From the NCBI GenBank assembly GCA_031409335.1, contig JANNWY010000204.1:1-24933 (forward strand): 24,933 nt of DNA, written 5' to 3'. The notes beneath the pieces are model-generated. The model was not told the DNA's origin and did not search any database. It saw only the letters and a list, made by a program, of their open reading frames with translations. The position numbers and the translations under genes are program-made. Of the stretch, positions 8,891 to 17,696 are shown piece after piece; within the stretch, counting starts at the first letter, position 1, and each line of letters opens with the position of its first letter. The DNA comes from Chthoniobacteraceae bacterium (GTDB taxonomy: Bacteria; Verrucomicrobiota; Verrucomicrobiia; Chthoniobacterales; Chthoniobacteraceae).

Positions 8891-9646
8891 ATGTTCTCCC
8901 GTCTGCCCCGAAGGTTCACCGGCAGCACCGCCGTCCCGACGCTTTTGCATCTCACCCATGCCAAGGCGGGCTCCACTTGGATCACCGTCATCCTGCACGA
9001 GCGGTTCGGCGAAAACGTGGCGCCGCGCGGGAAACGCGCCGCGGAAACCAGCGGCGGCGATCTGGCGCAGCACGTTTTTGAAACGGGCCGCGTGTATCCG
9101 TCGATGTTCATGACGCGCGGCGAAGTGCTCGCGCATCCCGAGCTGAACGGCTGCAAACGTTTCGTCGTCATCCGCGATCTGCGCGACACGATGGCCGCGC
9201 TTTATTTCAGCCTCAGAATGTCCGCCAATTCCGACGCGGAATCGCGCACTGCCGCGCTGCCCGACGACGCTGAGTCCGCCCTGCTCGAAGTGATCGACTC
9301 GCGCGCCGCGGGCATCGCCGCGATCCAGACCTCGTGGCAAAATCAGGGCGAAATCGTGTTGCGTTACGAAGAGCTGATCGAGCATGGCGTCGATATTTTG
9401 CGCGACGCCTTCATCGGCCGGCTCGCGCTGCCGATCTCCGAAAGCGCGCTCGTGAAAGCTGTCCGCAACGCCCCATCCGAACGCGGACGCAGGACCGGCG
9501 CGGTCGATTGGCGGAAACATTTCACCCCAAAAGTGCGCGCGCGTTTTGCGGAAAAATTCGGCCAGGTGCTCATCGACACCGGCTACGAAAAGGACCCCGC
9601 TTGGGCGCGCGAGCCGTCCTCGACTCAATCGCCGGCGGGCCTGTAG
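8891..9646 (+). CDS. PAPS-dependent sulfotransferase domain protein
   Basis: 5'-PSB loop THAKAGSTWI, 3'-PB IRDLRDTMAALYFS, VLRYEEL, DWRKHFT. Start chosen at ATG 8891 (uncertain). Confidence 0.75.
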   Translation: MFSRLPRRFTGSTAVPTLLHLTHAKAGSTWITVILHERFGENVAPRGKRAAETSGGDLAQHVFETGRVYPSMFMTRGEVLAHPELNGCKRFVVIRDLRDTMAALYFSLRMSANSDAESRTAALPDDAESALLEVIDSRAAGIAAIQTSWQNQGEIVLRYEELIEHGVDILRDAFIGRLALPISESALVKAVRNAPSERGRRTGAVDWRKHFTPKVRARFAEKFGQVLIDTGYEKDPAWAREPSSTQSPAGL

Positions 9647-9660
9647 CTTCGCCGCGCCTG

Positions 9661-10620
9661 ATGATTTCCGTCACCGTCCCGATCTGCAACGAAGCCGGCA
9701 GCATTCGCGAACTCCACGAACGAGTCCGCGCCGCCCTCGTGGCCGTGAACCAGCCGTGGGAACTCGTGCTCGTGAACGACGGCTCGACCGACGGCTCCGA
9801 GGAGCTGCTCGATCAAATCGCCACCGAAGATCCGCGCGTGAAGGTCGTCCATTTCCGCCGCAATTTCGGCCAGACGGCCGCGATGATGGCCGGCTTCGAT
9901 TTCGCCCGCGGCGAGATCGTCATCCCGATGGATGGCGACCTGCAAAACGAGCCCGCCGACATCCCGCTGCTACTCGCGAAACTCAAGGAAGGCTACGATG
10001 TCGTGAGCGGCTGGCGCAAAGACCGGCAGGACAACGCGCTCCAGCGCAACCTCCCGAGCATCATGGCGAATCACCTCATCTCATTCGTCAGCGGCGTGCG
10101 GCTCCACGATTTCGGCTGCTCGCTGAAAGCGTACCGGCGCGAGGTCATCGAGGGCGTGCGGCTTTACGGCGAAATGCACCGCTTCCTCCCGATCTACGCC
10201 GGCTGGCACGGCGCGCGCATCACCGAAGTCGTCGTGCGCCACTACGCGCGGGCGAGCGGACGCTCGAAGTACGGCCTCGAGCGCGTGCTGAAAGTGCTCG
10301 CCGATCTCGTCACCGTGAAGTTCCTCGCGCGCTTCCAGCAAAAGCCGATGTACCTCTTCGGAGCCGTCGGCCTCGGCTCACTCGCGATCAGTTTCCTGAG
10401 CGGCAGCTACGCGCTGTGGCGGAAATTTGGCGAAGGCGAATCCTTCATCCGAAACCCCCTGCTCCTCACCGCGATCCTCACTGCGATGACCGGCCTCATG
10501 TGCATCCTCATGGGCCTGCTCGCGGAGATGATCGTGCGGACGTTTTACGAGTCGCAGGGGAAGCGCGTGTATCTCGTGCGCGCGACGCGGAACGTGGAAG
10601 AAATGACCAAGATCCAATGA
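9661..10620 (+). CDS. GT2 polyprenol-phosphate glycosyltransferase (ArnC/DPM1-like)
   Basis: MISVTVPICNE, VNDGSTDGS, RRNFGQTAA, MDGDLQNEP, DVVSGWR, LHDFGCSLKAYR, EMHRFLP, two C-terminal TM helices. Confidence 0.92.
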   Translation: MISVTVPICNEAGSIRELHERVRAALVAVNQPWELVLVNDGSTDGSEELLDQIATEDPRVKVVHFRRNFGQTAAMMAGFDFARGEIVIPMDGDLQNEPADIPLLLAKLKEGYDVVSGWRKDRQDNALQRNLPSIMANHLISFVSGVRLHDFGCSLKAYRREVIEGVRLYGEMHRFLPIYAGWHGARITEVVVRHYARASGRSKYGLERVLKVLADLVTVKFLARFQQKPMYLFGAVGLGSLAISFLSGSYALWRKFGEGESFIRNPLLLTAILTAMTGLMCILMGLLAEMIVRTFYESQGKRVYLVRATRNVEEMTKIQ

Positions 10621-10692
10621 CCAATGACCAAAGCCGGATGACACGCGCGGTCGCAGGGAATTGGTCATTGGTCATTGGCCATTGGTCATTTC
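10600..10692. repeat. Inverted heptamer arrays (ATGACCA / TGGTCAT) forming a 32-bp stem
   Basis: 10600-10631 GAAATGACCAAGATCCAATGACCAATGACCAA vs 10661-10692 TTGGTCATTGGTCATTGGCCATTGGTCATTTC, 3 mismatches, 29-nt loop. Confidence 0.85.
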
Positions 10693-10696
10693 AAAA

Positions 10697-12592
10697 ATGT
10701 GCGGAATAGCTGGCTTCACCGGACGCGGCGACCGCGCCGCGCTCCAGCGGATGACCGACGCCATCCGCCACCGCGGCCCGGATGCCGAGGGACATTGGGC
10801 GGATGAGCGCGCGGGCGTATTTCTCGGGCATCGACGTCTCTCGATCATCGACCTCGCGGGCGGCGCGCAGCCGATGTGGACCGCCGACGGAATGCTCGGC
10901 GTCACCTTCAACGGCGAAATTTACAACCACGCCGAACTCCGCGCCGAACTCGCGCAGCGCGGCTGCAAATTCGCGACCGATCACTCCGATACCGAAGTGC
11001 TGCTGCACGCCTATCGCGAATGGGGCGAAGGTTTCGTCGAGCGGCTCAACGGCATGTGGGCCTTCGTCATCTACGATCGGGAAAAGCGCCGCCTTTTCGG
11101 CAGTCGCGACCGCTTTGGAAAAAAGCCGCTCTACTACTTTCACGAAGGCGACACCTTCGGTTTCGCCAGCGAACTCCCCGCGCTCCTCCAGCACCCCGCC
11201 TGTCCCCGCAGCATCTCGCCGCTCGCGCTCAAAAAATATTTCGCCCACTGCTACATCCCCGCCCCGCGCTCGATTTATGAGCATGTGTGGAAGCTCCCCG
11301 GCGGCCACAATTTCACGTTCGATCTCACCAGCGGAAAGTTGAACGTGTCGCGCTGGTGGCAGTTCATTCTTGAACCGCAAGCATCAGCGGATGAGGAAAC
11401 TTTGTGTGAAGAAATTCGCGCCACGCTCGACCGCGCCGTCCAGCGCCGCCTCATGTCCGATGTTCCACTCGGTGTCTTCCTCAGCGGCGGCATCGACTCC
11501 TCCGCCATCGCCGCGCTTGCCGCGAAACACGTCCCCGCCGGACAACTCAACACCTTCAGCGTCGGCTTCAACGAACCCAGCTTCGACGAATCCAGCTACG
11601 CGCGCCTCGTCGCGGAAAAACTCGGCACCAATCACCGCGAGGAAATTCTCGACCTCGACAAATCGACCGCCCTCATCGCCGACATCGCCGCGCGCCTCGA
11701 CGAACCGCTCGGCGACGGCTCGCTGCTTCCCACTTTTCTCCTCAGCCGCTTCACCCGCCAGCACGTCACCGTCGCGCTCGGCGGCGACGGCGGCGACGAA
11801 CTCTTCGCCGGCTACGACCCTTTCCGCGCGCTGCGCAAAGCCGAGCTTTACGCAAAGCTCGTCCCCAAACCCATCCACGCCGGCATCCGCCACCTCGCCG
11901 CGCGCCTGCCCGTCTCGCACGAAAACATCAGCCTCGATTTCAAAATCAAACGCACCCTGATGGGCCTCAGCTATCCGCCGCCGCTCTGGAACGCCGTCTG
12001 GATGAGCGCCCTCGAACCGCGCGACATCGACCAGCTTTTCCACGAATCCACACCGATTGAAGACCTCTACAGCGAAGCCATCGAAGCCTGGGACCGCTGC
12101 GCCCAGCCGAACATCGTGGACCGCGCCCTGCAGTTCTGGACGAACCTTTATTTGCAAGACGGCATCCTCGCGAAAGTCGATCGCTCCAGCATGCTGAACT
12201 CCCTCGAAGCCCGCTCGCCCTTCCTCGACATCGAAGTCGTCGATCTAGCGCGCCGCATCCCCTGGCAGCTCAAACTCCGCGACGGCACAACAAAGTGGAT
12301 TCTTAAAAAAGCCCTCGCCCCGTTGCTTCCGAAGGAAATCATCGACCGCCCAAAAAAAGGCTTCGGCATGCCCATCGGCCGCTGGCTCACCGAAGGAAAA
12401 TTCGACATCGACCCCGCTCAAACCGCCCCGCTCCTTGATCCGAAATTCATCGCTCAAAAGTGGACCGAGCATCGTCAGCGCAAAGTGGATCACCGCCTTT
12501 TCCTCTGGAGCTACTGGTTATTTGCAAGGTGGCAGGAAGATCCGGGGAGCATACGCGTCCCGCGTGTTGATTTCGGCGTCCCACCCAAATGA
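10697..12592 (+). CDS. asnB: Asparagine synthase (glutamine-hydrolysing) family amidotransferase, glycan-cluster type
   Basis: N-terminal MCGIAG (Ntn Cys), HRGPD, HRRLSIID, FNGEIYN, RDRFGKKPL, LSGGIDSS, GDGGDELFAGY, EARSPFLD, RPKKGF. Confidence 0.95.
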   Translation: MCGIAGFTGRGDRAALQRMTDAIRHRGPDAEGHWADERAGVFLGHRRLSIIDLAGGAQPMWTADGMLGVTFNGEIYNHAELRAELAQRGCKFATDHSDTEVLLHAYREWGEGFVERLNGMWAFVIYDREKRRLFGSRDRFGKKPLYYFHEGDTFGFASELPALLQHPACPRSISPLALKKYFAHCYIPAPRSIYEHVWKLPGGHNFTFDLTSGKLNVSRWWQFILEPQASADEETLCEEIRATLDRAVQRRLMSDVPLGVFLSGGIDSSAIAALAAKHVPAGQLNTFSVGFNEPSFDESSYARLVAEKLGTNHREEILDLDKSTALIADIAARLDEPLGDGSLLPTFLLSRFTRQHVTVALGGDGGDELFAGYDPFRALRKAELYAKLVPKPIHAGIRHLAARLPVSHENISLDFKIKRTLMGLSYPPPLWNAVWMSALEPRDIDQLFHESTPIEDLYSEAIEAWDRCAQPNIVDRALQFWTNLYLQDGILAKVDRSSMLNSLEARSPFLDIEVVDLARRIPWQLKLRDGTTKWILKKALAPLLPKEIIDRPKKGFGMPIGRWLTEGKFDIDPAQTAPLLDPKFIAQKWTEHRQRKVDHRLFLWSYWLFARWQEDPGSIRVPRVDFGVPPK

Positions 12593-12684
12593 ACTTCCCT
12601 GCCGTCCCGCCACAGAACTCGTGAACGAACTTCCCAACGACACGTCGAAAAAGTCCGCAAAGGCGGGACGCGTATGCTTCCCCG
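12541..12684. repeat. REPIN/MITE-like element, family A copy 2 (right arm internally deleted)
   Basis: TCCGGGGAGCATACGCGTCCCGCGTGTTGATTTCGGCGTCCC...TCGTGAACGAA aligns by eye with 5178-5270. The right arm is GCGGGACGCGTATGCTTCCCCG. Confidence 0.8.
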
Positions 12685-12782
12685 CACCGAAACGAATCCT
12701 CCACGTCATCGACAGCCTCGACCTCGGCGGCGCGCAGGAGGCGCTGGTCAATCTCGTCGCCTGCGCGGATCGCACGCGCTTT
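12674..12782 (+). pseudogene. GT4 glycosyltransferase N-terminal stub
   Basis: PAPKRILHVIDSLDLGGAQEALVNLVACADRTRF, a typical GT4 start; similarity ends at ~12782. Confidence 0.75.
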
Positions 12783-13075
12783 GGCAACCGCTCGGCGGCC
12801 CCGTGCTCGAACGTGAGTATCGGTTTCATCCGACGCGCAAGTGGCGTGCAGATTTCGCGCACGTCGAAAGCCGCACGCTGATCGAGATCGAGGGCGGAAT
12901 CTACATCGCCGGTGGTGGCCGGCACAATCGAGCGGCGGGCTTCCTCGCGGATCTCGAAAAGTATTTGGAAGCGGCGCTCGCGGGCTGGCGTGTCGTGCGC
13001 CTGGCGGAGCCGCTCATCACCGCCCCGCTGGTCGAGCGGCTGATCGCGTTCGTGCGCGGCGGGGGTGTAAAGTAG
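12779..13075 (+). pseudogene. 5'-truncated DUF559/Vsr-like PD-(D/E)XK endonuclease (phage-type)
   Basis: LEREYRFHPTRKWRADFAH...LIEIEGG...GRHNRAAGFLADLEKY..AALAGWRVVRL. Confidence 0.7.
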
Positions 13076-13231
13076 GTGTAAGGTTGCGGCTCAACCTTAC
13101 ACCTCAGGAAGCCCGAATTTCCGCACGAAGGCCGCGTGGTGGTGTCTGAGTAGGTCATTCGCAAAAAGACGCGGATTTTGCCTTTTGGGGCGCGTGGCAG
13201 CGCGCGTGACGGACACGAAAAGGTGTAAGGT
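13064..13231. repeat. GGTGTAAGGT iteron-like repeats including a perfect palindrome
   Basis: GGTGTAAAGT 13064, AGGTGTAAGGTTG-cggct-CAACCTTACACCT 13074-13104, AGGTGTAAGGT 13221. Confidence 0.7.
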
Positions 13232-13304
13232 GCGAAAAACAGCCCCTCATGGAATTGGAGTGATTGTCGCCCTAACCAAGTGGAAGGCGCTCGCTCGTAA
13301 AAGA

Positions 13305-15845
13305 TTACCTAGACACACGTCCTGAACCTCGACGCGTTTCTGCGGCTGGCAGGGCCTTCTTTATCTCCGCGACTTGGGCGATGAGGCGCGCGGAGAGTTC
13401 GGGCTGCTCGGCGAGTTTGTCTTTGGTTTCGGAAAGGTCGGCGCTGAGGTGGTAGAGTGCGCGCGCGCCGGCGCTCCATTCGATGAGCTTCCAATCGCCG
13501 TCGATGAGCGCGATGTCGGCGGTGGCGATGGCGAAGGGCGCGCGCTTTTCAACGCGACCCGCGTGCAGCGCGGGCCAGACGTTGAGGCCGTCGAGTTTGG
13601 CGTCGCACTTCACTCCGGCGGCGGCGGCAAGCGTGGGGAAAAGATCCTGCACCGCGACGGGCTGCTGGCTCGCGGTGCCGGCGGGGATTTGGCCGGGCCA
13701 GCGAATGATGCACGGCGTGCGGATGCCGCCTTCGTAGAGCGTGTCCTTGCCCGCGCGGAGCGGGCCGTTGCTGCCGTTGCGGCGGGAGGCGCCGTTGTCG
13801 GAAAAGAAGAGGACGACCGTGTTGTCGCGGAGCTTCTGCTGGTCGAGTGCAGCGAGGATGCGGCCGATGGCGGTGTCCATGGCGTCGATCACCGCCGCGC
13901 CGGTGGCCTGTGCGCCGAGGCTTTTGTATTTCGTGAGAAATTCGTCCGGCGCGCTTTGTGGGACGTGCGGGGCGTTGAACGCGACCTGCATGAAGAACGG
14001 CTTCTTCGCGTCGCGTTTCTCGATCTGGCGGATGGCTTCGTCGGCGATGAGGAATGTGGAGTAGCCTTCTTCATTCACGGTGGTGCCGTCGCGCTGCCAG
14101 TCCACCGCGCCGCGCTGGTCGGTGTGTTTGAAATAGTCGATCTCGGGGCCGAGGAAGCCGTGGAAATGATCGAAGCCGAACTGCGTCGGCGTGCTCGCGC
14201 CTTTGCCGAGGTGCCATTTGCCGATGAGCGAGGTGGTGTAGCCGGCAGTGCGAAACGTCGCGGGCAGGGTGACGAGATCTTTCGGCAACTGCTGCTGCGG
14301 ACCCATCACGGCGGTCACGCCGAAGCGGCGCGGCATCTGCCCGGAGAGCAGCGCGGCGCGCGTGGGGCTGCACACGGGATAGACGTAGAAGCGCTGCAAC
14401 TCGGTGCCGTCTTACACGAGGCGGTCGAGGTTGGGCGTGAGCGCGTTGCCTTTGTGAAAAGCGACGTCGCCCCAGCCGAGGTCATCGGCGATGAGGATGA
14501 GGATGTTCGGCTTCGCGGAGGCCTCGCTGGCGGGCGGCGCGGAAGGCGCGGGCGCTCTTGCGGGCGGCGTGCTCCCCGTGGAAGGTGCCGCGCTTGGCCG
14601 GCCGCCACCGGGAGGCGCGGCGCGATACTCGTCGGGGGTCAGTTTCCCGTCGCCGTTTTTGTCCAGCGTCTTGAGCGAGGTCGCGGCCTGGGCGACTTCG
14701 TCCGCGTCGATCGCGCCGTCCTTGTTCGCGTCCAGCGCGGTGAGCACCGGCATGTTCGGCCCACCGCCACGGGGCGGTGCAGCGCCTGTCGGCGGGGGCG
14801 GATTCTGCGCTGAGCCCGGTCCGCCTTCGAGGATGCCGCGCGGTGCGCCGCCCAATGGTGCGGGCCGCAGGCCACCGCCCGGCCCGCCGCCGGGAGGACG
14901 GTCGCCTTTTGAAAAACTCTGGTCCGGCACCCCGCGCCACATGCGCGGCAGGAACGGGAACTCGGCGCTGATGCAGTAATAGTAAGTCCCGTCGGGAAAC
15001 TCCGGCGTCACGCCGGTGCGCCCGTTGCATTCGTCGAGGTCGCCAGCGTCCTTCACGAATTCAAAGTCCTGCGTGAAGCGCCCGTCGTAGTTTCCGCCCG
15101 GTCCGCCTTCCTGCGCCGGACGCGCGCCCGGCTTCAGCCGGTAGCTGGATTTCATTTTGCGCAGCGCGCTTTTCGCGTCCTTCGCCTCCGCGTGCGCCAT
15201 GCCGGTGTAGATCGGGAAACCGTCCGCCGCCCAGCCGACGAGCAGCATTTTCTTCCCGTCGCCGCCGAGACGTTCGACCAAGCCGGTCGGCAGCGCGTGG
15301 TAATGATATGAGCCATTCGGCTGCACATGCGCGTTGTGTTCATCGAGGCCGAGATTGAGGAAACCGGTCGCCGCCTCGTAGCGCCAGCCGGAGCGTGGAT
15401 CGTTGTTCCAGGTCTCGCCAGTGCCCGGCTCAAATGGCACGCCATTCAACGCCACGCCCCACCACCAGCCGCCACGACGCTCCGGCACCTCGGCGAGCTT
15501 CGGCTTCAACGGCACGCGGAAGGTGTAGCTTTGCGCCGTCGGCGTGTTCGGGTTTCCGCGTCGCGGAAAAGCGCCGGGCGCGTGATCCGGCCAGCCGTTC
15601 GCTTTGATCACGCGATCCTCGCCTTCGGTCGTGATGCTCACGGAATTCTCCACCTTCCCTATCGTCGCCGCCGGAGCTGCGGCACTCAGCGGAGCGCCTG
15701 CTTGCGCGAGGAAAAACGCGGGCGCATTCGCCGCACCTCCGTCTTCTTCGTGGCCAGGATGGGCCAGTGCCGAGACGGCGAGGAATGCGAGTGCGGCGCC
15801 GCCCGTGCGGAGCGCGGTGATCAGGGTGCGAGGATTTGCGTTCAT
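13305..15845 (-). pseudogene. Exported YHYH - EF-hand - arylsulfatase fusion interrupted by one in-frame TAA (14412-14414)
   Basis: Signal peptide from ATG 15845; YHYH domain (GLDEHNAHVQPNGSYHYH, GWAADGFPIY, LDECNG); EF-hands (LDANKDGAIDADE, LDKNGDGKLTPDE); KPNILILIADDLG...[32 protein letters not shown] in the same frame; GKWHLG, NAPH, SDNG, GKDTLYEGGIR. Confidence 0.88.
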
Positions 15846-15865
15846 GGCCGGCATCCTTCCACGCG

Positions 15866-15885
15866 AACCTTGAGCCATGATGAAG
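15866..15885 (-). promoter_or_regulatory. Putative regulator-binding motif, copy 1
   Basis: CTTCATCATGGCTCAAGGTT, 20 nt upstream of ATG 15845; 17/20 identical to 23247-23266. Confidence 0.7.
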
Positions 15886-15958
15886 ATCGGAACGTTGCGC
15901 GAAGGATGTTTCGCTCCGCGGCGCGCTCGATCCGATGCCTGCAGGACGGCAAAACATT

Positions 15959-17686
15959 TCATCGAGCAGGCGGCTGCGGAGGCGGACCAGGCCTGCTGCC
16001 ATCGTCGCGGCGCGGCGGACGCTGGCCGTCGTCCGGCGCGTTGCCGCTGCGGGTGTAAACGACATTCAGAGACGCACTCGCGAGCACCTTGTCTTTGATC
16101 GCCGCAAGCAGGACGTCGCGCGTCACTTCGCGCGGCGACTGCGCGATCTGAAGCGGTGAAGACAGCGCATAAACCGTGAGCACGTAAGTCTTCGCGCCGG
16201 GGCCTTTCGAGTGCGGCGGTGCGTAGCCTGGCTGGCCCTTGAAACTCGTGCCGACCTTGCCGACGCCGCGCGCGTTTTTCGGCAGGCTCGTCGTGCTCGC
16301 GGGGATGTCCCACATCGTCCAATACGACTTCACCACGTTGCCCGGCGCGAGATGATCCATGACCAGCGCGTAGCTCTGCGTGCCGGCGGGCGCGCCCTTC
16401 CACGCCAGCGGGAGCGTCGCGCCGCTGCCGTCGCCGGTGTAGTCCACGGGCAGTGTGCCACCGTCGGTCACTTCGGGGCTCGTGAGGACAAACGACGCGC
16501 TCGGTTTTTTCATCGCGTCCATCCCGATCACTGAGGCGCTCTCGCCGGCTCGCGGTTCGTCGCGCGGACCGTCGCGGCTCTCGCGCGGCGGCGGGCCACC
16601 ACGTTCACCGCCGCGCCGTTCACCCTCGGGACGCGGTCCGCCGCCGCCGCCTGGTCGCCGCGTGTAGGTTTCCTTCGCCGTTCCGTCGCGGCCGTTCTGG
16701 TATTCAAAAGGGAACGTCCCATCCGCGTTGACGCTGTAGAGGATGGCGCGCTTCTCCCCGTTCAGTTCGTAGCTGAGTTTGTAGCTCCCCGCGCCCGTGC
16801 TCTCGAACGCCGTGATCTTCGCCCCCCGCAACGGCGCGCCCGCTCCGCGCACGCCACCGCCCGCGCTCGGCTGCGGATCGACCTGCCCACCGGCCTCGGT
16901 GACCTCGCCGTGGAAGCCGCCGTTCACATACGGATACTTCGTCGTGGCATGGTAGTGATAGCCGGCCTTCGCGTCGTCGTGGCCATTGACGGCATCGAGC
17001 TTTCCGAGCGGCGAGCCATCGGGCTCCGTGAGCCCGAATATGGGAAAGCCATCGAGCGCATACGCGATCGGCAGTCCTTTCCCGACGAGCGCCTGCAAAT
17101 GCAGCGGCGCGGCGTGGTAGTGGTAATCATCTGCGCGCCCGCAGTGCCCGCCCCATTGATCCAGCTCGCCGATTTCCTGCGAGACTTCGCCGCGATTGTT
17201 CTGCGGATTAAAAATCGGGATGCCATTCACCGCCAGCGCGATGGCACCCCGGAGGAAGCGGTTCTTGATCGACGCCGGCTCCTTCGCCACGACCGGACGC
17301 AGCGGGATGCGCCATGCGTTTTCGCCAGAATAGGAGTGCGGCAGCGGCACCTGCCGCTGCCAGTTCGTGATCCCCACCATCATGTTGTGCGCGGGGATGC
17401 CGTTGCTTTCCACAAAGAGAAACCGCTCGTCCCAGCGAACCTTCACCGCGGGCGCGAACTTCCCGAACGCCGCCGCCTGCACCGGCTGGGTGGACGCCGC
17501 CGCCGCCGCCTCGATGGGCTGGGCCGGAAGCGCTCGCGAAGCCGCCTGCGCCTGCGCGAGGAAAAACTCCGGCGGCTTCACCGACCAATCGTAGTGCGCG
17601 TGTTCTTCGCCCGTCGCGGAATCGTGAGCGAAGCAGTTGCAGGCGAGCGAGAGGCCGAGGGCGGCGATGAGTGGCGATGTTTTCAT
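15959..17686 (-). CDS. Exported YHYH-domain protein fused to YbhB/YbcL (PEBP/RKIP-like) domain
   Basis: Signal peptide; NGIPIFNP, GELDQWGGHCGRADDYHYH, YALDGFPI, GYHYH; Gly/Pro/Arg linker; FVLTSPEVTDGGTLPVDYTGDG...PLAWKGAPAGTQSYALVMD...YAPPHSKGPGAKTYVLTVYAL. Confidence 0.88.
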   Translation of the reverse strand: MKTSPLIAALGLSLACNCFAHDSATGEEHAHYDWSVKPPEFFLAQAQAASRALPAQPIEAAAAASTQPVQAAAFGKFAPAVKVRWDERFLFVESNGIPAHNMMVGITNWQRQVPLPHSYSGENAWRIPLRPVVAKEPASIKNRFLRGAIALAVNGIPIFNPQNNRGEVSQEIGELDQWGGHCGRADDYHYHAAPLHLQALVGKGLPIAYALDGFPIFGLTEPDGSPLGKLDAVNGHDDAKAGYHYHATTKYPYVNGGFHGEVTEAGGQVDPQPSAGGGVRGAGAPLRGAKITAFESTGAGSYKLSYELNGEKRAILYSVNADGTFPFEYQNGRDGTAKETYTRRPGGGGGPRPEGERRGGERGGPPPRESRDGPRDEPRAGESASVIGMDAMKKPSASFVLTSPEVTDGGTLPVDYTGDGSGATLPLAWKGAPAGTQSYALVMDHLAPGNVVKSYWTMWDIPASTTSLPKNARGVGKVGTSFKGQPGYAPPHSKGPGAKTYVLTVYALSSPLQIAQSPREVTRDVLLAAIKDKVLASASLNVVYTRSGNAPDDGQRPPRRDDGSRPGPPPQPPAR

Positions 17687-17696
17687 GGGAGTTTTG

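Noticed and set aside
14412..14414. Stop-codon reassignment or Sec/Pyl readthrough
   Set aside because: The stop is TAA, which ends several normal genes here (627, 13305, 21373, 21850); Sec and Pyl use TGA and TAG.
15846..16403. N-terminal extensions in the ORF track (starts 16403, 21752, 9334, 576, 10661)
   Set aside because: They overlap neighbouring genes or repeats; signal peptides and family N-termini indicate starts at 15845, 21362, 9661, 627 and 10697.
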